From: Candidatus Kapaibacterium sp.
GTDB lineage: Bacteria; Bacteroidota; Ignavibacteria; Kapaibacteriales; Kapaibacteriaceae
DNA: 63,102 nucleotides
Reading direction: 5' to 3'
NCBI GenBank assembly: GCA_044345485.1
Contig: JBIJAX010000006.1
Span: 1-63,102, forward strand
Positions 28,910-38,419 of the stretch are shown one piece after another. The stretch's first letter is position 1; each line of letters opens with the position of its first letter. The notes below the pieces were generated by a model. It worked only from the letters and a program-made list of their open reading frames with translations, did not search any database and had not been told where the DNA came from. The position numbers and the translations under genes were made by a program.

Positions 28910-30157
28910 ATGGCACACATAGCCCCTTACGACATAACCCTGGCAAACGGACTTCGCGTAGTGATGTGTCCGGATAACACCGCGCCCGTTGTAAATGTCA
29001 CTGTCATGTACCGCGTTGGTTCGCATGATGAGCTTCACGGAAAGACAGGCCTTGCACATTTGTTTGAACACCTCATGTTTGACAATGCCGCTCCAGGAGT
29101 AGATAAGCAGTACGATGTCTACTGTACAAAGGCAGGGGGCTCGAATAACGCATACACAACGTTTGACTACACCACATATCACATCGACCTTCCAGCGCAC
29201 AACCTAGAGCTTGGCCTATGGCTGGAATCGGAACGGATGCGGGCATTTCGCATCACCGATCATGCACTGCAAACTCAACGAAGTGTAGTGGTAGAAGAGA
29301 TCAACCAGAACGTCTTCAATCAGCCTTATGGTGTTTGGCGTAAGGCACAACAGGAGATAGCCTACACCGCCGCATCTTCATACTCGTGGGATGTTTACGG
29401 ATCTCCTAACGATGTAGCCGCTGTAACAATGGATGACGCAAAGAACTTCTTTGAAACATTCTACCATCCTTCGAATGCCGTGCTCTGTGTTGCTGGTGAC
29501 ATAGACCTTGCTAGCGCACAAAACCTTGTTGAACGCTACTTCGGAACGATATCTGACGCTGGTGCAGATATTACACGAACACGATTTCTGCCAGAGATGA
29601 TGCTTCGTGGAACGCATGCTACAGTTACGGACAACGTCCCTCTAACAGCTGTTTTTGTAAGCATTCACATGCCTGGCTTTTCAAATAACGAACTGCTTGA
29701 TGCCGAGATTGCCTCGTCAATCATCGGTTCGGGCCGAAGCTCTGTGCTATATAAGAAGCTTGTTTCCGATCTGCGCATTGCTTCGGGTGTTGGGTGTTTT
29801 CTCGACCGAAGAGCGCACGATTCGCTTCTAACGATGTATGCCTATGCCGCAGATGAATCCGTGACCGCAGACCAACTTGTATCGGCGATGACAGAGGTTC
29901 TTTCACAAACCGTTGTTACTACCGCGATGTTGGAGTCTGCTGTAAACAAGATGAAAACAGCACATGCAGCTGAACTACAGAAGGCTAATGGTGTTGCAGA
30001 TGTTGTTGCATGGACAACATTATTCTGGAATGATCCACTGTACGTCAATACAGCACTGGAGCGATACGGAACGGTCACAACGGAAGATATTCAGAACATT
30101 GTCGCACGATGTGCATCGACGTCTGAGGGCGTTCGGCTCGACATTACACCGCAGTAA
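28910..30157 (+). CDS. M16 family (pitrilysin-like) zinc peptidase
   Basis: GLAHLFEHLMF (HxxEH), NAYTTFDYT, LWLESERM, FYHPSNA. Confidence 0.92.
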   Translation: MAHIAPYDITLANGLRVVMCPDNTAPVVNVTVMYRVGSHDELHGKTGLAHLFEHLMFDNAAPGVDKQYDVYCTKAGGSNNAYTTFDYTTYHIDLPAHNLELGLWLESERMRAFRITDHALQTQRSVVVEEINQNVFNQPYGVWRKAQQEIAYTAASSYSWDVYGSPNDVAAVTMDDAKNFFETFYHPSNAVLCVAGDIDLASAQNLVERYFGTISDAGADITRTRFLPEMMLRGTHATVTDNVPLTAVFVSIHMPGFSNNELLDAEIASSIIGSGRSSVLYKKLVSDLRIASGVGCFLDRRAHDSLLTMYAYAADESVTADQLVSAMTEVLSQTVVTTAMLESAVNKMKTAHAAELQKANGVADVVAWTTLFWNDPLYVNTALERYGTVTTEDIQNIVARCASTSEGVRLDITPQ

Positions 30158-31300
30158 TCACACAGCCGCCAGGCGTTCTGCAGCAAGTGTTAGTGTGGAG
30201 TTCTGCTTTGCAAAACACACACGCACGAGTTTTTGGCTGTATGAATGAGAATCCTGGTAGAACGGGGAAAGAGGAATCGTTGCTACGCCGTATTCCCGTG
30301 TGATTCTCTTCGCAAAATCTACATCGAGTTCATCTGAGATGTTCTCATACCCTAACAACTGAAAGTACGAACCACTACACGGCTGCATACTCCACCGGCT
30401 TCCAGCTAATGCGGTTCGGAGAAGATCTCGCTTCTCGGTAAACATCTCGCGAAGCCCCGTATATGTTGCGGGGTTACGCATGTAGGCAGCAAGCGCAACC
30501 TGTGCTGGCGTGTTAACACAGAACGACAAAAACTGGTGTACAGCACGAAATGCGTTTGTTAGGTTCTGCGGGGCAATGCATACACCAACTTTCCACCCGG
30601 TGATGTGAAACGTCTTACCAAACGATGTAACAACAAAAGTCCGTTCACGCAAAACCGGATGCGAGCAAAGCGTGTGGTGTGCACAGCCGTCAAATGTGAT
30701 CAGCTCATATACTTCGTCGCTTAGCACAAGAAGGTCGTACTCCTGGGCAATTGCAGCCAGCTCGTCAACATCCTCTCTAGACATCACGCTACCACATGGG
30801 TTGTGCGGTGAGTTTACGATGATGAGCCGCGTCTGCGAGGTAATACACGATCTCACATGTTCCCAATCTGGAGTAAACACGCCGGGAATCAAAGGAGAAG
30901 ATCTCACAATCCCGTTATTCGCAAGCACAGCCGGCGCGTATGAATCATAGCTTGGATCCATGATGATTACCTCATCTCCACTGCCTATGATGCTCGCTAT
31001 AGCCGTATACAGTGCTGATGTTGCGCCTGGAGTGATCGTGATTTCGGTATCAGGATCAACGTTACAACCATAGAGGTTGTTGTACTTCTCTGCGACAGAC
31101 TCGCGAAGTGCGAGTAATCCTGGCATTGGAGCATACTGATTGTGTCCGTCTCTCGATGCCTGGTAGAGGAGTTCGCACAACAGCGGATCGGTAGGATAAT
31201 CGGGGAATCCCTGTGAAACGTTAACAGCCCCCACCTCATTGGCAAGGGCTGTCATAATAGAGAAAATCGTAACACCTGTCGCGGGTAGCTTAGGACGCAT
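30158..31300 (-). CDS. Class I PLP aminotransferase (methionine aminotransferase YbdL-like)
   Basis: Motifs TIFSIM, NVSQGFPD, NQYAPMPG, NSPHNP, SDEVYE, SFGKTFHITGWKVG. Confidence 0.88.
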   Translation of the reverse strand: MRPKLPATGVTIFSIMTALANEVGAVNVSQGFPDYPTDPLLCELLYQASRDGHNQYAPMPGLLALRESVAEKYNNLYGCNVDPDTEITITPGATSALYTAIASIIGSGDEVIIMDPSYDSYAPAVLANNGIVRSSPLIPGVFTPDWEHVRSCITSQTRLIIVNSPHNPCGSVMSREDVDELAAIAQEYDLLVLSDEVYELITFDGCAHHTLCSHPVLRERTFVVTSFGKTFHITGWKVGVCIAPQNLTNAFRAVHQFLSFCVNTPAQVALAAYMRNPATYTGLREMFTEKRDLLRTALAGSRWSMQPCSGSYFQLLGYENISDELDVDFAKRITREYGVATIPLSPFYQDSHSYSQKLVRVCFAKQNSTLTLAAERLAAV

Positions 31301-32282
31301 CTTCCGCATCTTCTGCATCATCAAAAATGAGCTTTACGCGCTTCGCAACTTCATCACCGTCGCGATTGAGTCCGAGCGAAAACTCAACAGGATCTCCTTC
31401 GCGAAGATCTTGGAAGTCTGCATTTAACATATCTGACGCGTGAAAGAACAGGTTGTTCGGCGGATACTTAATAAATCCGTAGCCGTTCTTCATAGACAAG
31501 ATGTAAGACTCGAACCGCTCAGAGCCGTCATCAACATCCTCTTCTTCAAAACGTGAGGCACGATGATCTAAAATCTCCTGGTATTCACGAGAGTCGCGCG
31601 GCGGACGTGGTTGTGTGTCATCGCGGCGGACAAATAGATTTTGAACGATTTCATCGTTCTTTGTTGCTCTGCTCTCGATGAGATCGTGCATCTGAACTGG
31701 ATACGTGACCTCGGTAAGAAGTTCATGAGATGTTCGTGTGACAACATGTTTGCCTTCGTTGTCAACAAACTCAAAATCCCACGACAACACCATGATTCGT
31801 GCACCAAGATTGTTCATTTTACGAACAAGCGGCACGTAGTTCCCATCCGAAGTGATGAGCACAACAACGTCAAACTTCTTCAGAAGTGTTAACTCATAGG
31901 CCTCGAGAGCCATCCAAACATCTATCCCCTTCTCTTCACGACGCCCCCCAGTGTTTCGAAGCGGCAGGTAATGCGTGATAACCCCTTCCCACATTAAGAT
32001 GTCTTCGAAAACACGGTCGTAGTACAGTAGGTTGCCACGTTGCTGGGCCTCATTGGCAGAAATCCTACCGCGAAAAAAATGACTGTCAACAATTTGACAG
32101 AGGTGCATTTCTGTTTCCTCTAGCGAGGAAACCTTATAGCGGATAAAGTCGTGCAGGCCACGTAGACTAATTCTACTGTTGCGTACATGGTTAAAAGCAT
32201 AGTAATTGCTCACATGAAGGAAGTAGTTCCCATCATAGAACACACCGATACGCGTAAGCTTGGTGTTGTTGGAAAGGGGCAT
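31290..32282 (-). CDS. NYN (LabA/DUF88, PIN-like) domain protein with C-terminal cold-shock domain
   Basis: Motifs VFYDGNY, EKGIDVWMA, LITSDGNYVPLV; C-terminal GYGFI...LFFHAS RNP motifs. Confidence 0.88.
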   Translation of the reverse strand: MPLSNNTKLTRIGVFYDGNYFLHVSNYYAFNHVRNSRISLRGLHDFIRYKVSSLEETEMHLCQIVDSHFFRGRISANEAQQRGNLLYYDRVFEDILMWEGVITHYLPLRNTGGRREEKGIDVWMALEAYELTLLKKFDVVVLITSDGNYVPLVRKMNNLGARIMVLSWDFEFVDNEGKHVVTRTSHELLTEVTYPVQMHDLIESRATKNDEIVQNLFVRRDDTQPRPPRDSREYQEILDHRASRFEEEDVDDGSERFESYILSMKNGYGFIKYPPNNLFFHASDMLNADFQDLREGDPVEFSLGLNRDGDEVAKRVKLIFDDAEDAEDAS

Positions 32283-32339
32283 CTATAAAACCTGTAATGT
32301 TAAGGCGGGGTACTAACCGTATACTACTTATTTCACCAG

Positions 32340-32347
32340 CAAATCTA
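32340..32347 (-). promoter_or_regulatory. -7 promoter element for the NYN-CSD/aminotransferase unit
   Basis: TAGATTTG on the minus strand, ~57 nt upstream of ATG 32282. Confidence 0.45.
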
Positions 32348-32359
32348 TCACATTTGATG

Positions 32360-33115
32360 CTAGTACTTCGCACCTGCTTTTTTCAGCATCTGAATAATCG
32401 TCCATCTTCTATGAAGTCGTGCATGAGTTAGTGCACTCTTACCACTGTAATCAACAATTGATATGTCGGGTTTTCTACTTAACAGAATTCTCAACATCTC
32501 ATCTTCCCCAAGAACGCTCAACAGCATGGCCGCAGTGCGCCCTTGATAGTCTCTCGAATCTACAAAAGCACCTTTCTCGAGAAGCTCTTCTAGCACTCCG
32601 AGGTGACGATTGCCGCATGCGATAATGATTGGGGGATTTCCTTTTCGATCCTGCAGATTGATAAACGCACCAGCATCAACAAGTTGTGTAACGATGTTTG
32701 TTGAACCCACCTGGCACGCTACATGCAGAGGTGTCTGTCCTCGATAGTCAAAAACGTTGGGTTTTGCTCCTGCCTGAATGATCAACTGGCTAAAGCGGTC
32801 CCGATTATGAAATGCAGCGAAATGCAACACCGTTACACCCTGTGGGGTGGCAGCATTTGGATCCGCCCCAGCACTTAAAAGTGTTTCGACCATTACACTA
32901 TCATTGGCGATTGTTGCAACCATGAGAGATGTAAGGCCTTCTGCATCAACCTCATTGATGTTTACGGTCTTCTTCTTCTTCTGAAGAATACGCTGCACAG
33001 CTGTAAGATTTCCCGTTTTAACGGTTTCAATCAGGTTTTGCGCATGTCCTATTCCACAGTAGCAACAACAAACAATGAGCCCTGCAACCCACCGAAGTAT
33101 GGTTCTATTGCCCAT
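32360..33115 (-). CDS. Exported ankyrin-repeat protein
   Basis: About six GxTxL..A repeats (GLTSLMVA, GVTVLHFA, GQTPLHVA, etc.); signal peptide ending GHA-QN. Confidence 0.9.
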   Translation of the reverse strand: MGNRTILRWVAGLIVCCCYCGIGHAQNLIETVKTGNLTAVQRILQKKKKTVNINEVDAEGLTSLMVATIANDSVMVETLLSAGADPNAATPQGVTVLHFAAFHNRDRFSQLIIQAGAKPNVFDYRGQTPLHVACQVGSTNIVTQLVDAGAFINLQDRKGNPPIIIACGNRHLGVLEELLEKGAFVDSRDYQGRTAAMLLSVLGEDEMLRILLSRKPDISIVDYSGKSALTHARLHRRWTIIQMLKKAGAKY

Positions 33116-33684
33116 CAAAACCCCTGGCGCTGTAGAAAGATGCCCTTGTCTACGCGCGAAAAGAAGTCTTGGTAGAACTTAGGATCCGAAATTGCTGATA
33201 CTTCCACGGGGTTGCCTGTATTGTCGATAATCTTTGCCTGAAAGTTCGCACGTACTTTGCACCGTTTCCCGAGCTCAGATACATTAACACTCACCTCTAC
33301 CTGTTTAAACTTGTTGTATCTGGCATCTTGAGAGTTTCTATTTCTGCTGCTTGACCCCCTAGTATCAAACAGTGCGTCAAGAGCATCCATCCAATATCTG
33401 TTGCTAACGCTCTTGTCGGACAACTGAACCTCTTTCGTTGCTGTTAACAACCCAAGGTCCGTAACGGCATTCTTCACAACAAATCCATCATCTTGCAGCA
33501 CATTCAACATTGCCTTCATCACAAGCCTAACATCGTTTGTATCAAATTCTCGCGTTTGATACTCTCGCGTCTGGAGTTGGGTTTGGGGAGTGTTTACTTG
33601 CTCTGGAAAGCGAACGACAGTGCAGGAAGACAGTACTCCCAACAAGATGATTACAGCGGCTGTATGATACCTTCTTGCAACCAT
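33115..33684 (-). CDS. Lipoprotein of unknown function
   Basis: Lipobox LSSC; 1-nt start/stop overlaps with both neighbours. Confidence 0.75.
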   Translation of the reverse strand: MVARRYHTAAVIILLGVLSSCTVVRFPEQVNTPQTQLQTREYQTREFDTNDVRLVMKAMLNVLQDDGFVVKNAVTDLGLLTATKEVQLSDKSVSNRYWMDALDALFDTRGSSSRNRNSQDARYNKFKQVEVSVNVSELGKRCKVRANFQAKIIDNTGNPVEVSAISDPKFYQDFFSRVDKGIFLQRQGF

Positions 33685-34109
33685 TAAAACTTGCTCTGAT
33701 GGTATGTGAATGAATCCACCTTACTGTCCGTATTGAACTTGATAACTACGGTCAGTGTGCGCTGTGTGGTGCTTGCTGCACCCGAACGATTAGAGAAGCC
33801 GCCGAGAATGAGGAACAAACCGCTTTGGCTTTCAGAATAGGAAGCTTCGGTTGCGATTTTGTCGTATACCCACGTCTCGCGGTTGTTTTCGTCTAGTGTT
33901 GTGATGTTCGGCGATCCCAATAGTTCGGCAACTTGGGCGCCCGACATTCCCTTTTTGATTTCCTTTCTGACGATACCGGCTGTTAGCTCCCGCTCGCGCG
34001 TCGATGACAAATCTCTCCGGTCGTTCTCAACAGTCCTACATGCAGGACTTAGGCTTACAACAACCAATGCAGTAGTGATTGCGATGTAGTTCTTCATGAT
34101 GTTCTCCAA
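33684..34109 (-). CDS. SmpA/OmlA (BamE-like) domain lipoprotein
   Basis: IKKGMSGAQVAELLGSP...ETWVY...LTVVIKFN pattern; probable lipobox SPAC. Start 34109 or 34097. Confidence 0.7.
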   Translation of the reverse strand: MENIMKNYIAITTALVVVSLSPACRTVENDRRDLSSTRERELTAGIVRKEIKKGMSGAQVAELLGSPNITTLDENNRETWVYDKIATEASYSESQSGLFLILGGFSNRSGAASTTQRTLTVVIKFNTDSKVDSFTYHQSKF

Positions 34110-34121
34110 AGTCGATGCGTT

Positions 34122-34922
34122 TTAAAACTGAAACACAAAACCTGCTCGAAATGTAACAACACGGGGATCACCCACCGGCTCCCCTATGATGCTATACCCA
34201 ACACTATTTCCTCCGTCTAGCACGGCGTTGGGAATAGTCGTAGGTGTACCCCACAGATAACGAATACGTACGTCGAATAATGTGCGTTGAAGTGAGTTTG
34301 GCAGCGTGATAACGTCCGATATCTTAATGGCAACGCCGGCACCAAGGCCGTAATTCCAGGACACATATCCATCTCCCTCATGGTTCGTAGTAGTGTCAAC
34401 CCCCTGGATTTCGTCAATAGTTACTACGGAGCTAAACAGCGTGAACCCACCCACACCCTCGGCATATGGAAACAGCCACGAGTTAATGTTTGGCTGAAAA
34501 CGGATATGGAATAACACAGGCACCTGTGTGTTTGATGCCGATACTTCGAATCGTGTACGAAAGAAGTCGTTAGCCCGAAGTGTTTTCGATTCTGCTCCGT
34601 TAAACAACACACCCAGCTCGCCCCCTACAGAAACGGGAACGGGATCAAAGTAGTAACTGTACTCAGCACCAAAACCATATCCAACAGGCGGAGCCTCAAG
34701 CAGTTCGAAAACCCTCCGCAGATCACCCTGTGAGATTGATTGGAAATAGTGAATCTCAAACTGTGAATGCAGTGGCTGTTGCTTAATAACCCGAATCACT
34801 TCTTCGTCGGGCATCTTCATCGGCGGATCGCCCGCTGCTACGGCAGTAGACTCCCCAGCAATTTGGGCGTGGAGAGAATACGCACAGAAGAGGAAGAGTA
34901 GCGTAGAGATTGTTGGGCTCAT
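34122..34922 (-). CDS. Outer-membrane beta-barrel protein
   Basis: Signal peptide ending LHA-QI, alternating amphipathic strands (PYAEGVGG, YGLGAGV), terminal AGFVFQF. Confidence 0.75.
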   Translation of the reverse strand: MSPTISTLLFLFCAYSLHAQIAGESTAVAAGDPPMKMPDEEVIRVIKQQPLHSQFEIHYFQSISQGDLRRVFELLEAPPVGYGFGAEYSYYFDPVPVSVGGELGVLFNGAESKTLRANDFFRTRFEVSASNTQVPVLFHIRFQPNINSWLFPYAEGVGGFTLFSSVVTIDEIQGVDTTTNHEGDGYVSWNYGLGAGVAIKISDVITLPNSLQRTLFDVRIRYLWGTPTTIPNAVLDGGNSVGYSIIGEPVGDPRVVTFRAGFVFQF

Positions 34923-34930
34923 GGCCACGA

Positions 34931-34962
34931 AGTTACCATCTGTTTACAACCAGATGGTAACT
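34931..34962. repeat. Perfect 12-bp inverted repeat in a divergent intergenic region
   Basis: AGTTACCATCTG-N8-CAGATGGTAACT. Confidence 0.8.
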
Positions 34963-35018
34963 CGGAAGGAAAATCTATGTCCGCCAATTTGCCGATGCAG
35001 CTGTAAAAGGAGGGCGCG

Positions 35019-35966
35019 ATGCAAGAGTTCGGACGACGGGAATTCGTCAAAACCGTTCTATTGGCCAGTGGTGCATTCGTAACCACTACACAGTCATTCG
35101 GCAGGGGGCTGGCAGACCCAACACCCCATTCCGGCTCGGGTGGTGCTATTCTCCACGGTGCGGGCAATGAGCGCGTATGGGCCTGCTGGGTAGGACACTC
35201 TACCGTTCTGATCAAACTGGGTGAGAGTTGGCTGCTCACAGATCCAGTGTTTGCAGATGTTGTAGGCCTCAATATTCTGGGACTTCGGATTGGACCACGT
35301 CGGATCCTTCCACCAGCTATAGGATTGGATGAGATTCCACGACCCGATATCATCCTTCTCTCACATGCTCACATGGATCACATGGATAGATGGACGCTAG
35401 AAAAGCTCTCATCGATGTGGCCTAATCAGATTGCGGTTCTTTCGGCCACCCACACTGTTGATGTGATCAACGACCTACCTTGGAAGTCATGCGAAGAGAT
35501 TGACTGGGGTGAAACAACATCGATCTCCGGCATTACCATCCGCGCTCTCGAGGTTCGTCATAACGGTTGGCGGTTTCCCGGAGAGCCCTGTCGCAGCAAC
35601 GGATTCAAGAGAACAGGCCGCAGCTATAATGGATACGAAATTGAGTATGAGGGGGCGCGCATCGTGTTTGGTGGAGATACTGCGTACACCGATGCCTTTC
35701 GAAGTGTGCAGCCAGAGATAGACCTCGCAATCATGCCAATCGGTTCCTATGAGGGATACTCCGCATTCCATTGTAATCCAGAAGAAGCACTTGCGATGAG
35801 TATGATGATGCACGCACGCGCAGTTATGCCTATTCACCACTTGACGTTTCGTCAGAGCCCCGAGCCGATTCGCGAGCCCCTTGCTAGACTGATTCGTGCG
35901 GCCGACACAAACAAGCTGCATATAGCTGCGAAGCTGCCAGGTAACACATACAAGTACTCCGCATAG
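35019..35966 (+). CDS. Tat-exported MBL-fold hydrolase (NAPE-PLD/RomA-like)
   Basis: GRREFVK twin-arginine motif; WVGHST, LTDPVF, SHAHMDH, GGDTAY, MPIGSY, PIHH. Confidence 0.85.
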   Translation: MQEFGRREFVKTVLLASGAFVTTTQSFGRGLADPTPHSGSGGAILHGAGNERVWACWVGHSTVLIKLGESWLLTDPVFADVVGLNILGLRIGPRRILPPAIGLDEIPRPDIILLSHAHMDHMDRWTLEKLSSMWPNQIAVLSATHTVDVINDLPWKSCEEIDWGETTSISGITIRALEVRHNGWRFPGEPCRSNGFKRTGRSYNGYEIEYEGARIVFGGDTAYTDAFRSVQPEIDLAIMPIGSYEGYSAFHCNPEEALAMSMMMHARAVMPIHHLTFRQSPEPIREPLARLIRAADTNKLHIAAKLPGNTYKYSA

Positions 35967-36000
35967 ACCAGATAGCGTTGTGTTGGTATCTTCCAATACC

Positions 36001-37218
36001 ATGGATTCGTTATTTGAAGACCTTACACCCCTTGATCAGAACGATGAGTCTAAGCAGGGGTTTCGTCCGCTCGCTGAGCTTGTTCGACCTCGCACGATTG
36101 ATGATGTAGCCGGACAGTCCCATTTGCTAGGCGAAGGGGCACCCCTTCGGACGTTTGTGCAGCGCCACGAACTACCGTCGATGATTTTATGGGGTCCGCC
36201 AGGAACAGGAAAGACCACCCTTGCCCACATCCTCACTACGGCCGTGGGGGCGCACATAGAGCGTTTGAGCGCTGTGGATTCGGGTGTTAAAGAACTCCGC
36301 GAGGTACTTCGAAAAGCAGAAATACTGCGAACGAAGGGGCGGCGGACGGTTGTGTTTATTGACGAGATCCATCGGTTTACGAAATCACAGCAGGATGCCC
36401 TGCTTCATGCGGTAGAGCGCGGACATATCACTCTAATCGGCGCAACAACGGAAAACCCATCCTTTGAGATCAACAATGCTCTATTGTCGAGATGTCAGGT
36501 CTACCTCCTGAATCTTCTCACCGATAATGATATCCGCAAAGTGTTAGAGCGTGCAATCAGTATGATTGCTACAACTCGTGGTATTGAAGTATACGTTGAG
36601 GACTGGCACTCTCTGTTTCGAGTTGCTTCTGGTGATGCTCGCAAAGCGCTAAACATCATTGAGACCATTATCATGGCAGCTCAAGAGTCCGAAGCAGGAA
36701 TTGTGCATCTGACAACAGATGCAATTGAGCGTGCGATCCAAAAGCCCCTTGCCCGATATGACAGAGCCGGAGACTACCATTACGACACCATCTCAGCACT
36801 AATCAAATCAATGCGAGGGGGCGATGCTAACGCAGCATTGTTGTACTGTGCGGTAATGATTGATGCAGGTGAAGATCCGTTATTCATTGCTCGCCGGCTT
36901 GTGATCTTTGCGAGTGAAGACGTTGGCATGGCAGATTCACAAGCATTGCAGCTGGCGGTTTCTGCATATCAAGCACTAGAGCGCATAGGTATGCCAGAGG
37001 GTCGTATAGTGCTGGGTCACGTGGTGACATATCTATCCAACGCGCCGAAATCGCGAACGTCGTACAATGCGATCAATGAGGCGCTAGCTCTCGTGCGCTC
37101 TGGAACGCCGGTTTCCGTGCCAATGCACCTAAGGAATTATCCACCCGCACAGAACATCTCTGGCTATAGTGGTTTTCTGCCTGAAGACCTCGCCGATAAG
37201 AACTTCTTTCCGAGCTGA
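36001..37218 (+). CDS. rarA: Replication-associated recombination protein A (MgsA)
   Basis: Motifs PLAELVRP, WGPPGTGKTT, FIDEIHRF, GATTENPSF, HYDTISALIKSMRG, ASEDVG. Confidence 0.95.
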   Translation: MDSLFEDLTPLDQNDESKQGFRPLAELVRPRTIDDVAGQSHLLGEGAPLRTFVQRHELPSMILWGPPGTGKTTLAHILTTAVGAHIERLSAVDSGVKELREVLRKAEILRTKGRRTVVFIDEIHRFTKSQQDALLHAVERGHITLIGATTENPSFEINNALLSRCQVYLLNLLTDNDIRKVLERAISMIATTRGIEVYVEDWHSLFRVASGDARKALNIIETIIMAAQESEAGIVHLTTDAIERAIQKPLARYDRAGDYHYDTISALIKSMRGGDANAALLYCAVMIDAGEDPLFIARRLVIFASEDVGMADSQALQLAVSAYQALERIGMPEGRIVLGHVVTYLSNAPKSRTSYNAINEALALVRSGTPVSVPMHLRNYPPAQNISGYSGFLPEDLADKNFFPS

Positions 37219-37228
37219 GGAGAGACGA

Positions 37229-38359
37229 TCAGTTGTCAGTAGCTGAAGGTGCAGGTTGCTGCTCTTCGAGTCCCTTTTTCTTCGCGGCCTCTTTTTTCGC
37301 ACGAAGTCTGTTGTAGTCTATCGATTCGCGAAGCGTAACGCCGTCACGTATTATACCACGTTCGCGAAGCACACTATCAGCAGTGATGTATCTGTTGATG
37401 TTTCTGAGAGATCCACGGCTATTGTGCGGAACCTGCGAAAGAGGAATGAGCGCCTCTTCCATCGACATCGGATCTTGCGGTAGATCAATCACGACGCTGT
37501 TGTTTGATTCAAGATCTAGCCACGGACCGCCACGTTTTCTGGTGAAATCAAAAACATCCAATACGATCACTGGCGTGCCGCTAAATGGCGTATATCTGCG
37601 CAGGACGGTGTCGTACTTTGCCTGGGACACCCAATTGAATAACCACTCGGCATCGTGCATGAATTGACGAAAGCACGAGTGCGAAACAGGTCTTCCAGGC
37701 ATATCAAATTGATGAAAAGCACTACCAGCATGGAGATGAATGTTCACCGTGTACGGTAGCCTCCAGAACTTATTCAGTGAAGATATTCGCAGTCGTTGCT
37801 TCCAGTTGACAGCATAACGTCCTGGGAACGATGGCTTGCGCTCCTCTCCACTGTTTGTTGCTGCAAAACGGACAAGCACGCCGTATTCGTAGCATGCATA
37901 TGCCTGCCACTTCGGGCTAACTACAATGATCTTTTTGATTGTGTCAGCCCCTTTCCAGTATTGCGGAAATATGCTGTACGCAAGCACATCCGTATAGTTT
38001 GAATCGGGCATAACAAGGGTATCGCCAATACGCATATACCGCAGGTCTTTGCGGTTCAGGAGTGTTGCAATTCGATACATCTCGAATGTGGAGTCACTCT
38101 TTGCACACACAGCACGCAGACTATCAAGCGTGCGCTGATCTGTGATTGCAAGACGGTGATATCCGATACGCGGATATCGCTTCATAATCGAGTCTATCCT
38201 GTCTCGGTTGTTCCTGCTCACAGGCTGTTGCTTGGAGACACTATCTTGAGAGGCTGCACTATCTCTTCCCCCTGCTTGTTCATTTGAACATGCTGAAAAA
38301 GCTACCCAGAGTGCACAGAGCACAACACTATATCGATGTACAAAAGCGCTAGTCGACAT
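37229..38359 (-). CDS. L,D-transpeptidase (YkuD-like) lipoprotein
   Basis: Lipobox FSAC; AFHQ...PGRPVSHSCFR carries the catalytic His and Cys. Confidence 0.8.
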   Translation of the reverse strand: MSTSAFVHRYSVVLCALWVAFSACSNEQAGGRDSAASQDSVSKQQPVSRNNRDRIDSIMKRYPRIGYHRLAITDQRTLDSLRAVCAKSDSTFEMYRIATLLNRKDLRYMRIGDTLVMPDSNYTDVLAYSIFPQYWKGADTIKKIIVVSPKWQAYACYEYGVLVRFAATNSGEERKPSFPGRYAVNWKQRLRISSLNKFWRLPYTVNIHLHAGSAFHQFDMPGRPVSHSCFRQFMHDAEWLFNWVSQAKYDTVLRRYTPFSGTPVIVLDVFDFTRKRGGPWLDLESNNSVVIDLPQDPMSMEEALIPLSQVPHNSRGSLRNINRYITADSVLRERGIIRDGVTLRESIDYNRLRAKKEAAKKKGLEEQQPAPSATDN

Positions 38360-38419
38360 ATCCCTACAACATGAAAATGAATCTCGGTAGTTTAGCTGAT
38401 CTAAACTATCAGTTAATCT

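Noticed and set aside
32360-33115. Ankyrin protein as a host-targeted effector
   Set aside because: It has an ordinary Sec signal, sits in an envelope operon, and no injection system is visible in the window.
35984-36001. TGGTAT-N6-ATACCA dyad before rarA as an SOS box
   Set aside because: It is short, is not repeated elsewhere in the window as far as I saw, and is equally explained by a -7-like element next to the start codon.
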